Assembly (NCBI GenBank): GCA_030141605.1
Contig: JAQGDQ010000708.1
Location: 1-64,000 of the forward strand
Length of the DNA: 64,000 bases
Direction: 5' to 3'
Source of the DNA: Tubiluchus corallicola
Lineage: Eukaryota; Animalia; Priapulida
The translations under genes and the position numbers were made by a program. Positions 1 through 11,298 of this stretch are shown here, piece after piece (the first letter of the stretch is position 1; every line of letters begins with the position of its first letter). The notes beneath the pieces are model-generated. The model did no database searches. It worked only from the letters and a program-made list of their open reading frames with translations, and was not told the origin of the DNA.

Positions 1-217
1 TCTTGCTGCATGGGTTTTCGATAAAAATCGGAAATTTTCCGAAAATTTACGTCCTCACTGAGAAATGGGCTTTAAGGATGGTTCATATCTTCATCCAAAT
101 GATTTTGGTTGGCTAACGATGGTCACATGATTTCACATCATTTGACAATATTCTCATATGACTCGTCAGTCCGTATGTTTTAACTTTTGAATTTAATTTT
201 GTTCCACGCTGCAAAGA

Positions 218-498
218 AATTAATTTAAATTTAATAAAGCAAGTTTAAAGCAAATATTTTCTAGAGATAGAAACACTCTATACGTGCTTATTGCTGAGAA
301 TTCAGATCTGCTTTATATTGCGTGAGTTGATAATGAGGAGTCCAGTGGCAAAGCGTGCAGACTGATATCGCAAGGTTCTGGGTTCGAATCCTGGCCGACA
401 CGCAATTTTTCAGTGCTTTAAAAAACTCTCATTTCAATTTGATTGCTGATTATGCATAAAGCTTTGGTTTACTAATGCTGATTGTTTAGATTAGATTT
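218..498 (+). repeat. ~280-bp dispersed repeat with an internal tRNA-like segment, copy 1 (direct repeat with 1831-2110)
   Basis: Near-identical to 1831-2110; contains A-box-like (agtggcaaagcg) and B-box-like (ggttcgaatcc) motifs. Confidence 0.85.
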
Positions 499-804
499 AG
501 AGTTTTAGATTTAGATTTAGATTTAGGTTTATTTCTCACAAGAAGCAATGTACATTCGATGATGCGAAACAATAATTACAAAATGGCTGCCAAAAAACAA
601 ATTGTTAAGGGTTAAGCAAAACAAGGCAGGGTTTAAAATTAGGGTGTGTATAGAGAAGAATGCGATTAGAGGTGCTGGTTAGTCAAGGGAGGTTAAGTAA
701 CGTAATATGTACATTACGTACAAATGTATATACTTACAAGTGTCTAACTATCTAAAGAAATTTCTGTAGAACGTTTTTTTTTAGTTTGCTTATTTTTCAT
801 TTAG

Positions 805-1787
805 CAAGTGTTCGAAGAAGTGAAGCCAATGTTGCTGATTGGGAGGTAACTGAATTGACCTCCACTGAGGTTTACCAGCCGCCGATGAAGCCACCCTGGC
901 AGTACGATGTAAAGAACGAGTCACGTGACCCAGAGGAGCGTTTTCGACAACGTAGGGATCACGTGACCAAGGCGTGTTCCACTAGGTACGGCATAGAGGA
1001 TGGGGGACTTCGCTTCTTGCGTAACGTGTTGGTTGATGATGAGCTTAAGTTCCTGTACTGCCGCACACCACATTCTATGAGCACCAGCTGGTTGAAGGTT
1101 CTGCTGGCTGCCAAACGTGAAGGTGACGTAAATGAGTTCGAATACGTTGAAGTGCACGACGCTGACGTCATACGCCACGCTGGCTTCAAATATCTTGGAT
1201 TATACGAACCAGAGGAACAGTTGAAGCGAATAGAAACTTACACGAAGTTTTTGTTTGTTAGACATCCAGTGGAAAGACTCTTGTCAGCATATAGAACCCT
1301 GATGGTTGAGAATGCCCAGAATAAAAACAGGCCCTCGATTCAAGAACGACACAAACAATTCAGAGAGTTTATCATTGGTAACTACCGCCCCCTTCCGTCG
1401 GTAAACGAAGGCGTGCAAGCAAAAGGTGAAAACGTAACAGTAGACGAATTTCTGGCTTATTTAGTTAATAAACGAACTAAGAGGAAAGATCCTCTCTCAT
1501 TGGGTACAGCTGGAAACTTAAATCCAAACTGGGAAACTATCCACAAACTGTGTAATCCCTGTCTTGTGGGATACCAGTACGTTGGGAAGACGGAAACTGC
1601 TGAAGAAGATGCAAATTTCATTCTAAAGCAATTGGGAATAAATGGAAAATTCCCTTTTCCTTCTGGGAATATTGACAAGAAATCAGTAGAGAAGTTTTTA
1701 TCTTCTGCGAATGGCGATCGATGGGGAAAAGTATCGCTAATGTTCGAAGCAGATTTTGATATATTTGGTTATAAAAATGAGCTATGA
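805..1787 (+). CDS. CHST11-like: Carbohydrate sulfotransferase (Sulfotransfer_2 / CHST8-14 family) catalytic-domain terminal exon
   Basis: ORF 786-1787 has family motifs VLVDD..LYC..P...TSW, KFLFVRHPVERLLSAY (3'-PB), W....LCNPC...Y..VGK.ET.EEDA and DFDIFGY. Acceptor ttttcatttag| at 804/805 (phase 1). No TM anchor, so 5' exons lie upstream of the window. Confidence 0.88.
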
Positions 1788-1830
1788 GGTCAGACAAGCT
1801 AGTTAATTTATTTAAACCTGAGCTCGTGTG

Positions 1831-2110
1831 AATTAATTTAAATTTAATAAAGCAAGTTTAAAGCAAGTATTTTCTAGAGATAGAAACACTCTATACGTGC
1901 TTATTGCTGAGAATTCAGATCTGCTTTATGTTGCGTGAGTTGACAATGAGGAGTCCAGTGGTAAAGCGTGCAGACTAATATCGCAAGGTTCTGGGTTCGA
2001 ATCCTGGCCGACACGCAATTTTTCAGTGCTTTAAAAACTCTCATTTCAATTTCATTGCTGATTATGCATAAAGCTTGGGTTTACTAATGCTGATTGTTTA
2101 GATTAGATTT
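1831..2110 (+). repeat. ~280-bp dispersed repeat with an internal tRNA-like segment, copy 2
   Basis: Direct repeat of 218-498, starting 44 bp after the sulfotransferase stop; contains AATAAA at about 1846. Confidence 0.85.
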
Positions 2111-2477
2111 GTTGCTCGTAATTATTGTAATTATTTGTAGTAACGATGAAAATGCTTGAGTAGAAAAATTTTAGTTTTTTACTTTATTTATTTATAGTGC
2201 ATTTACAAAACAGAGAGACTTTACAAAACAAAATTAAATGTAATACAGCTAATGTGATAGAATAATAAATGCATGTGTTAGACGTGACCTAATGTAACGT
2301 TCATTGTATAATCACAACATACCATTACTCTGTTACAGGAGCTTATTTTAAAACATATGTGTGCAAATTTGTGGTAATTTTTTGCAGCCATGCCTGTTGA
2401 GTTGTCAGTATATCACAACGAGATTTTGATTGTTCAATTCAACATTAATGTAGCTACAGGAAACATCTTTCCGATGC

Positions 2478-2783
2478 AGAGTTATTTGAGTCAATTGCAG
2501 ACAGTTTTTATATACTTTTGCATAGGAGCTGCCAGTACTTAGGCGTTTTTGAGACAATTAGGTATCATGTATCCTTGATAGTTGGGTATTTTAATTTATG
2601 CATGAAACAAGGTAACTGATATTTTAAATCCACTTAGAAGTTCCCTATGGTCACAAAATTGCAATTTGTTGCTGCCTCCAATGCGGCTTCGCCTTGGACC
2701 CCTTGAACCTCCATGGGGGCTACGCGACCCCCAAACCCCCGGCCTGTTTCAGAGTTTTTTGCAATTTGTCATTCTCATCCCTG
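2478..2783 (+). mobile_element. Truncated copy (right half) of the hAT-type MITE at 9430-9950
   Basis: Colinear with 9642-9950 and ends in the TIR ttctcatccctg. Confidence 0.75.
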
Positions 2784-3548
2784 GTACTACAACATTAAAA
2801 TTACACATGTTTGTTTTGTTTCACACTCTATTAAAACAATGACTAAACACTCTCTGAAGCAGCACCCCCAGTAATTTTAGCTACGAACCGCTCTTTGGAA
2901 AATATTCTAAGATTTTCCATTCAACTCATTATTCAATTTGAAACAGTTTATTTCACATATATTTCATAACATAACGCCAGTATAGTCTAAAAGCACCCAC
3001 ATTTGTAAGTCGTAGCACGCCATCTAGTGCAAAAATTTTACAACGTGCACAGCTGTGATGCTGTGAAGCCTAAATCCAAACTCCCTTAGTAAATCCTGAT
3101 TATGGTTCTTTTACAGTATTTAACATTTCAAACATAATTTGACTTGAATCTAAAAAGAACAGTGTAAACAGGAACAACAATGAAGCTATACATAGAACTT
3201 TAATGTTACTATTGTTTTTTATTATTGTTGTTTTTTGTTGTTGTTTTTTTTTGTTATATTTGATCAGGGACTGCAGGTTAAAAAATAGTTAGTTAAAATA
3301 GTTGTCTGTTAAACAGAAGCTGTGGATGCGCTCACCTCAGACAAAAGAAATGGCAAAAATCAGCATTGAACTGGGCGATACGTCTGCAATTTATCAAAAT
3401 GACACATCAACAAAAAGTGCTAAAAATTAGTTACTATTTAGGCAAGATGAAAAAATTGGATTTAAGATGACTAGAACAGAAATGATTGCTTTATGGTTCC
3501 TGAGATTTGAAGCAATTTCTGACGATTTTAAATTATTTACTAAGTGCA

Positions 3549-4227
3549 CTGCTTGCAGATTAAACCGTCCATAAGTCGGCATAGTTAAAACTATGTTATG
3601 ATACTTTAAAGTAGAAAACACCAAAAAGTTGGTCAAATGTCGATTTTTTTCTTTTTTATGAAAACAAATGCTAAATATATCGGACTTTTATATTCTAGCA
3701 TCAAATTATCAGGAAAATGTCCAAAAAATACTAAAAATCTAATTTTATATTGCTTATCCACTTTTGTTGTTTTGATTGTACGGTTGCTAAGTGCTTTGTG
3801 GAAATGAGACTTGCAAATTGCATAAAACTTGTATTTTTAAACTGTGATTGTAGCTCATGGAAGCAGTCATTTTGCTTCAGGTTTTCTCTGTTCACAAACC
3901 CAAATCTTCGTCAGAAAGAGCCATCTACTAGATTTAAACATAACTTCAATGTACTCTTCCAAAGTCCATAGCAACCACAGTTTCATACAGTTACTAAGTG
4001 CTTCGTAGAGACGCGACAAAAACAATGGCTAACTTTAACGCCATTTTTCTCAAGATTATGTTTTTCAGTGCGCAGCCTGCACCTCAACTTCAACGTGGAT
4101 TATCTCAGCTTAGAAGCAACATTGAGCGGTGAACTTGGTTTCAAAATGGATTCAATGGAGATTCAGGATATGTGAATAACTAGAAAAACTTAAGTGCCGA
4201 CTTGTGGACGAGTTTGCTATGCAAGCA
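3549..4227. mobile_element. Non-autonomous DNA transposon (MITE) with imperfect TIRs
   Basis: Ends gcttgcagattaaaccgtccataagtcggca / tgccgacttgtggacgagtttgctatgcaagc; inverted homologous copy at 29075-29733. Confidence 0.7.
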
Positions 4228-4617
4228 AGCAATTATTAAAATAGATAGCGACTTGCATTTACTGGTGGCAACTTTGGCTTGACAAAATATGAATAATCAA
4301 CTGTTAAACTAGAGCAAATTCAGTAGAGCAATTTAAGTACTACTTTCACGGCATTGTCACCATGGCGATAAGAGAAAATCTAACTACGTGTAAAAAACAA
4401 TCGTGATACTACTAAACTAAAGCTTATGTCACACGACAAATTTGCTTCGTTTTAAAGAGCTGGATTAAAGTTTGCAAAGTGAAGAAATCATTTTATATTG
4501 CTAAGTTTAAATTGCTTGGTGTAGTAACAGACACAAAGATATGCAGCCGTGGAGAAGGTCACAGCGGAATCGATGAAAAAAATTACATACGAAGTGCGCA
4601 AATATTTTCCCTGCCCG

Positions 4618-5070
4618 TATCTGACTAGCCGAGCCACATTAAACTTTCCCGCAATTCCTGCGGGCCACAGGCAGTTTGATCAAGGAGCCAAGTACAGTAG
4701 GACCTGATAACGATTTTTTTTGCATCCGACCTGCATACATCTTTACAACTGCACTCAAGAAACTATTTTAGAAGTTATTAAAATTTATATTACAAACCAT
4801 ATATTTTTACTTTCAGGACAGATAGTGGTAATTTCATTACAATGCATATTAGTAATGTGTATCACACTGTCTGTGTAGTACAGTGACATTAAGTTACAAC
4901 CGTCTTGTAAGGGTTAATGGCATCCGATCTAGTAGAAAAAGCTACCTGCACTATCTTTGGGATTGTGGCACGGACTTCAGTAATTGCCCGGGCCGCACTT
5001 TCATTAGGTTGACAAATCTCTTCGCGGGCCGCACAAATTCTCTCGGTGGGCCGCAATTTGCACACCCCTG
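4618..5070 (+). mobile_element. Left-truncated copy of the hAT-type MITE at 7766-8249
   Basis: Colinear with 7782-8249 and ends in the TIR aatttgcacacccctg. Confidence 0.8.
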
Positions 5071-5646
5071 AGTTAAACTATGTCTTAGTAAAGCCATCAA
5101 AGTGAACATTAGACTAATGAGGTTTAGGAATGAACATCGAGCATTCAAATTTGATTCAAATCAGTTCTTTACTTTGAATTTGATTCAAACATAAAATTAT
5201 AGGTTTGAATAATTCCGTACTTAAACTACACAAGTCCTTTATATTAAAGCATTTGAAACGGCGTGCAGTCGGCACAGTTTAGCTGCGATTCCTGTCCGCA
5301 ATGTTTAGACAAATTATTAGTGTTTTTGCGGCAAAACAAAATCAAGCAATATGCACGATCTTTGAGAGACTGCTTTTTATTAGTGATTTGAAAGTTGATT
5401 CGAAAATCTTTGAAACTGAATTCGAATTCGATGCAGATTCGAAAATACTGAAATTTAGTTCAGTTCGAGTTTGAAACCCTGGTATTAAACGCCCACGTCT
5501 AACGGAGAATAACAAAGCGCATGAGTAGTTCAATCATACTTGCTTTCACTGTAGTATCTGTTCACATATGTACAATTTATATGAAATACTTAACACTTTT
5601 GCGGTTTAATTTTTATAATTTATACTTCTTCCATTTTGTGTCGCAG

Positions 5647-5740
5647 GTGATGTTTGGTGAAATTCCAGATGGTGGCATAGATTTAGTGAAACTTTTCGGA
5701 TTTAAGATAGCAAAAGTACAAGGTGTAAAGACTTACACTG
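5647..5740 (+). CDS. POMGNT1-like: POMGNT1/GT13-like glycosyltransferase, internal exon A (VMFGEIPDGGIDLVKLFGFKIAKVQGVKTYT)
   Basis: cag| acceptor and |gtgagt donor; phase 0 to 1; resembles the POMGNT1 segment VFIDG...DVVALFG. Confidence 0.7.
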
Positions 5741-5820
5741 GTGAGTGTGTAACAAGTTCTGCCTACATTCTTCAATTTTTGTTTACTTCTTATACCAGTG
5801 GTAGTGTAAGTTACACAATG

Positions 5821-5909
5821 TGGTTACCCATCCAAGTACTAACCAGGCTCTGTGTTGCTGAACTTCGGTGATCTGACGAGAACCGGTGTTTTCAACGTGA
5901 TATGGCTGT
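5821..5909 (-). pseudogene. Truncated 5S rRNA pseudogene or 5S-derived SINE head
   Basis: Reverse complement reads gccatatcacgttgaaaacaccggttctcgtcagatcaccgaagttcagcaac...ggttagtacttggatgggtaacc, the typical animal 5S 5' ~90 nt; the 3' end is missing. Confidence 0.8.
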
Positions 5910-6934
5910 GATAATAATAAAGCACAGTAAATTCTCATTAATGCACAGTGACCGAGCAGCTACAACACTTGGATGCCTATCCGGAAGCCCTGGGTTCGAA
6001 TTTCATGCATGTCAGGTGTTGTTCGAGTCCCTTGCTGCTGAAAAGGACTTTCTGGTTGCCTTCATAGGTCTACTTAGCCTTAGGAAGAAAGACAGCCAAG
6101 TGACGGGCTAGCTATTTCAATTTAATCGTGGCTCTCAAGTTAGAATAACAACGTTATAGGCCTACTAATAGATGCACTCTCTTTGGTTTTTCTTTTTCTA
6201 ATTTGCACTTAAATAACTCAATTACCCAAACTCAAAGTAATGCATCTACATTTGACTTACCTAAGTCACATTTGAACTTTCCTGTGTCTACATTTGACGT
6301 GTAAAACCTATATTATTTCTAACCTTCATATGCTTGTTGTCAGAGTTTTTGTTCAAATAAAGTATTTGCATTACAGTCACTGATTGACAGATGCATGGAA
6401 AACAATGCGTCTGTCAATCACTGACTGTAATGCAACCAAATGTAATGAAAACAGATGCTATAAAGTATTCAGATTTACCATAGATTATGCTGTCATTATA
6501 TGCCGAATCTTTTTTTTTATTAATTATTATTATCACATTCAGTACAATATAATAACATTAAGCACACAGTGACATCAAAATTATTACATCATACTGTATT
6601 AAATTGTTATGCTTCATACACTATCGTTATCATAAAAGAATAATTGTACTGCAGTGGGCTAGAGAAGCAAAGGCTTGTATAAGCCCACTGTCATGTGAAC
6701 CAGATAAAAGAGAATGGATGAGTGAACAAAAAAAAAGAACTGGGAGAAAGGTTAGATCACACAGGAAGGGTAGAAGGATGTGTTAGTGGAAATGGTAGGA
6801 AGAAATATAGTAGATTGCGCTATGTTGACATCAGCTCTAAAGATTTATCAATGATGCCTTGTTTTGCATAATCTGTTTCTGTTTTACTCTTGACTTTTGT
6901 TGCTAATATTTGTCTTTGTGATAACGTTTTCCAG

Positions 6935-6993
6935 ATTTAATGAGTCGCGCCATCTCTGCAATCTGGGACATGGACGCTTTTGTGGACAAAAGT
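6935..6993 (+). CDS. POMGNT1-like: POMGNT1-like internal exon B (DLMSRAISAIWDMDAFVDKS)
   Basis: ttttccag| and |gtatgt; phase 1 to 0 exactly bridges exons A and C. Confidence 0.65.
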
Positions 6994-7765
6994 GTATGTT
7001 TTTCAGTACAGTATTAGTAACTATAGTAATTCTCATCCCAGCAGTCGCAATATATGGCCTCCAATCAATTATAATGCTATTTTAATATTCCTCTATGTAA
7101 ATTAAACGTACGCTGTGGGTCGTTTCTTCTATTTTATTTCTTCCTATCCTTACTCTTACTTCATTCACTCATTCCCCTCTCCCTGTCTCTAATCTTACTA
7201 TTTTTTTCTTTTCCATCATGTCTACTAACCCTAATCATTCTTTCATTTGCTCATCTTCTCCTCTCTTCCTTCTGCCTATCCCTAATCTTACTATTTTTTC
7301 CATTCCATCATGTCTACTAACCCTAACCATTATTTCATTCACTCATTTGTGCCACCCTAACAAGCCAAGCTTTCAAGCTGTCATACAGCAACTCTTTTAT
7401 TTGGTTAATTTGACTTCATCGACGTTTTTTTACCTATACTGTTTCTTTTTGTTTCAATAATATGTATGTTGATGTATTGTATATGTATTGCTGGAGTGAA
7501 ATAAATTGATTGATTGATTGATTGAGCTTCACAGATCACGAAATATGTTATTGATGTGCATGTTTTTCTAGGTATATGTTCTTGTGCATGCTTTTTTAAT
7601 AGTGCACTCACTCAATATCTTGTATTAAAGTTAGCTTGCAACAAAGTTTGTATTAATTACATACATCAAGATAGTAGCTTTCTTAGAGGCATCCTTCAAG
7701 GCTCAGTGCTGGGACCGTTTTAATTTGTGTAACACATAAACAAATTGAGGTTGTTTCACATAACT

Positions 7766-8249
7766 CAGGGGTGTGCAAATTATCTGACTAGCCGGGCCAC
7801 ATTAAACTTTCCCGCAATTTCTGCGGGCCACATGCAGTTTGATCAAGGAGCCAAGTACAGTAGGGCCTAATAACGAATTTTTTTGCATCCAACCTGCATA
7901 CATCATTACAACTACACTCAAGAAACAATTTTGGAAGTTATTAAAATTTATATTACAAACCATATATTTCTACTTTTAGGACATATAGTGGTAATTTCAT
8001 TACAATGCATATTAGTAATGTGTATCACACAGTCTGTGTAGCATAGTGCATATTAAGCTACAACCGTCTTGTAAGGGTTAATGGCATCCGATCTAGTAGA
8101 AAAAACTACCTGCACTATCTTTGGGATCGTGGCGCGGGCTTCAGCTGGATACACTCAATTAATCGCCCGGGCCGCACTTTCATTATGTTGACAAATCTCT
8201 TCGCGGGCCACACAAATTCTCTCGGCGGGCCGCAATTTGCACACCCCTG
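7766..8249. mobile_element. hAT-type MITE, complete
   Basis: TIRs caggggtgtgcaaatt / aatttgcacacccctg; perfect 8-bp TSD ACATAACT (7758-7765, 8250-8257). Confidence 0.9.
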
Positions 8250-8438
8250 ACATAACTTGTTTGTATTGACACGAAGCTTTTCCGCTATATGTAGGACAGG
8301 TTTCATTTTATGATTATGCAAAATATTTTGTTTACTCATTAATTAAGTTTTTAATCCTCCACAGTACCACTGAATGCCTTTAATAAATATTTGACTTGTA
8401 TTGTAAATCACTTCGTAATTATAATTAATTTTCTTTAG

Positions 8439-8577
8439 GGAAAGCATCCCGACAAAGTAATTATCATTGAGGAGGAACTGTTATTATCTATTGATTTCCT
8501 GTTCTATATGGGTCAGCTTCTTCCTCTTCTGGACGAGGACGAAACAGTTTTGGCTATCTCGGCTTGGAACGAGAATG
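8439..8577 (+). CDS. POMGNT1-like: POMGNT1-like internal exon C (GKHPDKVIIIEEELLLSIDFLFYMGQLLPLLDEDETVLAISAWNEN)
   Basis: Matches the GT13 segment VVLEEDL..DFF..Q...LL.ED.SL.CISAWND.G; tttag| and |gtatgc; phase 0 to 1. Confidence 0.88.
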
Positions 8578-8701
8578 GTATGCTGGTTTATGCCACTTTC
8601 TTCCACTGCTTTAAAAAATAAGTGAATGAAAATAAGAGAAATTTGTTCGGTAATGTTGTACGGAGTTTTTCTCTGTTTGTAATGTATCGGAATGTTTGTG
8701 A

Positions 8702-9235
8702 CGACCTTGACCTTTGTTGCAGGTTATGTCAAGGTCACTTTTAATCCTTTAAGAAAATAAGCAGACGAAGAAGAGAAATTGTCTTGCTAGTGTAGTTTAT
8801 AGTTTTTCATCTGTTTATATTGCTTGAAAGATAGAAAATCTTCTCTGTCCAACCTTATCACGTGCAGTGACCTTGACCTTTGTTGCAGGTTATGCCAAGG
8901 TCACCTTCAGTGCTTTAAGAAAATAAGCAGATGAAGAAGAGAAATTGTCTTGCTATTGTAGTTTATAGTTTTTCATCTGTTTATATTGCTTGAAAGATAG
9001 AAAACTTTCTCTGTCCAACCTTATCACGTGCAGTGACCTTGACCTTTGTTGCAGGTTATGCCAAGGTCACCTTCAGTGCTTTAAGAAAATAAGCAGATGA
9101 AGAAGAGAAATTGTCTTGCTAGTGTAGTTTATAGTTTTTCATCTGTTTATATTGTTTGAAAGCTAGAAAATCTTCTCTGTCCAACCTTATCACGTGCAGT
9201 GACCTTGACCTTTGTTGCAGGTTATGCCAAGGTCA
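8702..9235 (+). repeat. 166-bp tandem repeat (~3.2 units) carrying the exon D splice acceptor and exon start
   Basis: gaccttgacctttgttgcag|gttatg(c/t)caaggtca recurs with exon-start positions 8723, 8889, 9055 and 9221. Confidence 0.9.
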
Positions 9236-9353
9236 GTAGTGATTCTAGTCTTGTCTACAGAGCGGAGAGCTTTCCTGGTCTGGGTTTCATGTTGAACAAA
9301 TCATTTTTTGTGAGGGAGATGAAGGATAGGATGGGCCAGTGCTGCCATAACAG
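9221..9353 (+). CDS. POMGNT1-like: POMGNT1-like internal exon D (GYAKVSSDSSLVYRAESFPGLGFMLNKSFFVREMKDRMGQCCHN)
   Basis: GT13 motif LYR.E.FPGLG(W/F).L; ttgcag| and |gtacct; phase 1 to 2. Confidence 0.88.
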
Positions 9354-9429
9354 GTACCTTTTTCACACACGTATTTCATTTTTCCTTCATAACATTTCTA
9401 AATAAAGTAAAATTTATTGATGGTACAAG

Positions 9430-9950
9430 CAGGGATGAGAATTTTCCGCGGATACACGAAATTCCGAGTTTTTGGAAGACCAGTAGTAAATCGCGTGAAT
9501 TCGTTAAGAAAATTTTTACGGACCCAGTACATTATTTCACAAGCTGACCGCTAGTTGGCAGGCCGTCACTTTGTTTACATCACGTACATCAGTGTAACCA
9601 CGTGTATATCTCTATGTATAAAAATATAGAATCAATTGTGCGGAGTTATTTGAGTCAATTGCAGGCAGTTTTTATATACTTTTGCATAGGAGCGGCCAGT
9701 ACTTAGGCGTTTTTGAGACAAATAGGTATCATGTATCCTTGATAGTTGGGTATTTTAAATTATGCATGAAAACAAGGTACGTGATATTTTAAGTCCACTT
9801 AGAGCCTCTCTATGGTCACAAAATTGCTATTTGTTGCTTCGCCCTCTTGAACTCCCATGGGGACCTTGCCCCTCAACCCCATTGGGGACCTAGGTCTCCA
9901 AAACCCCCGGCCTGTTCAGAGCTTTTTGCAATTTGTCATTCTCATCCCTG
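9430..9950. mobile_element. hAT-type MITE, complete
   Basis: TIRs cagggatgagaat / attctcatccctg; 8-bp TSD GGTACAAG / GGTACGAG (one mismatch). Confidence 0.85.
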
Positions 9951-10065
9951 GGTACGAGTGTTAAACCGTATTGAAGTAATTAATCAAATTATTTTATTTT
10001 CTCAATATTTAGCAATTTTATGCACAGTGCTGCCACCTATTTGTTTAAATAATGCACTATTGCAG

Positions 10066-10221
10066 AACATGGCATGGTTGGTTTGGTGGCCGTCTGCATA
10101 AATTGGGTAGCATCGTCATTCCAGAAGTGTCTCGGATTTACCGGCGTCCCCATGCCGGAGCGTCGATGTCCGATTCGGAACTCTTTGATGAGCTGTTCGT
10201 CCGAGACCGAGAAACAAACTT
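10066..10221 (+). CDS. POMGNT1-like: POMGNT1-like internal exon E (RTWHGWFGGRLHKLGSIVIPEVSRIYRRPHAGASMSDSELFDELFVRDRETN)
   Basis: GT13 W..W and IP(D/E)VSR motifs; tgcag| and |gtaaat; phase 2 to 2. Confidence 0.85.
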
Positions 10222-11298
10222 GTAAATACTCATTGTTTTCTTATTGATTATTTTATTTTTCACTATTATTTATTTGGCACTATAAACAACAAATATAAAC
10301 AAATATATATTTATATAAACAATAAATCGTATCGTTACCAGAATGGCCAAGTAACACTGAGCATGTGCAAAATTTTCTATCTGCTATGCGGATTGTTTAT
10401 GCTTAGTCACTCTGTTTCTGTGTCATCTCCCAACTTCTTAACCCTTTCATACCCGTTGTATCCCATGGGATACGAGAATATTTTCTGCCTTTACGAGAAT
10501 TTACTTGTATATCGAAAATCGTAAAACAGTCAAACTTGCCACAAAAATTTGTATATTGATATCTTCTGTATTACACAACTTGCGGCGTGAAACAAGAACT
10601 TCTATGACAATTTCACAAACAAACTTTCTATAACACAAGTAATCTAACCAAGCCATGTTCGCTTTTTCACACTCGTCTCCTGCAAACTCGTGCGCGCCGA
10701 AACAATCGCCGGTCACGTGACCATTCTGATTGCGTCAGCACATTTGGGTCGGAAACTTTGAGATAATATTCGAACTTGCGGGAAATTATGTATCAGTCTA
10801 GCTCTGCCGCGTTTTTCTGCAACATTAAAATAAAAAAGGATTAAAAACCCGAAAGTTGCCGACACGTACGGCTCATGGTTTTTTCTCACTTTTGCTTGCA
10901 GAGGTGTACATACTTGCTTGATAGGGACTGCGTTATTTGAATGCTAAATGCTATTTTAGTTTAATCAAGATTGACCTTATTTTTTGCCCGCTAATTAAAG
11001 TACATGTATTTTCTTTACTCTGGATTATATAGCAAATGTCATAATTTTAAAATTATTAGTGTTTCCTAAATTAAACTGATAACATTAATGCCCACCAGTG
11101 TCTAAAAATCATTTTATCTATATTTGGTAAAGGATAGCAGACTAAGTGACTTTATAGTCTTTTCGCTATCCTTTCTCTAGTTCTAGATCTATCTATTCAT
11201 TTTAACCATTCTTCAAAACTTATTAGCGATTCTTTTATTAATCATGTCTTATTGTAGTATTATAAAGAGATAAATAAATTAAAATTGAATTGATTCAG

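Noticed and set aside
330-405. tRNA-Ile-like gene (also 1950-2015)
   Set aside because: A and B boxes are present, but the acceptor and anticodon stems do not pair properly and it lies inside a dispersed repeat
786-804. TTG start of the 333-aa ORF
   Set aside because: Eukaryotic context: this stretch is the intron pyrimidine tract and AG, and the exon begins at 805
5821-5909. Functional 5S rRNA gene
   Set aside because: About 30 nt of the 3' end and the terminator are missing; single diverged copy
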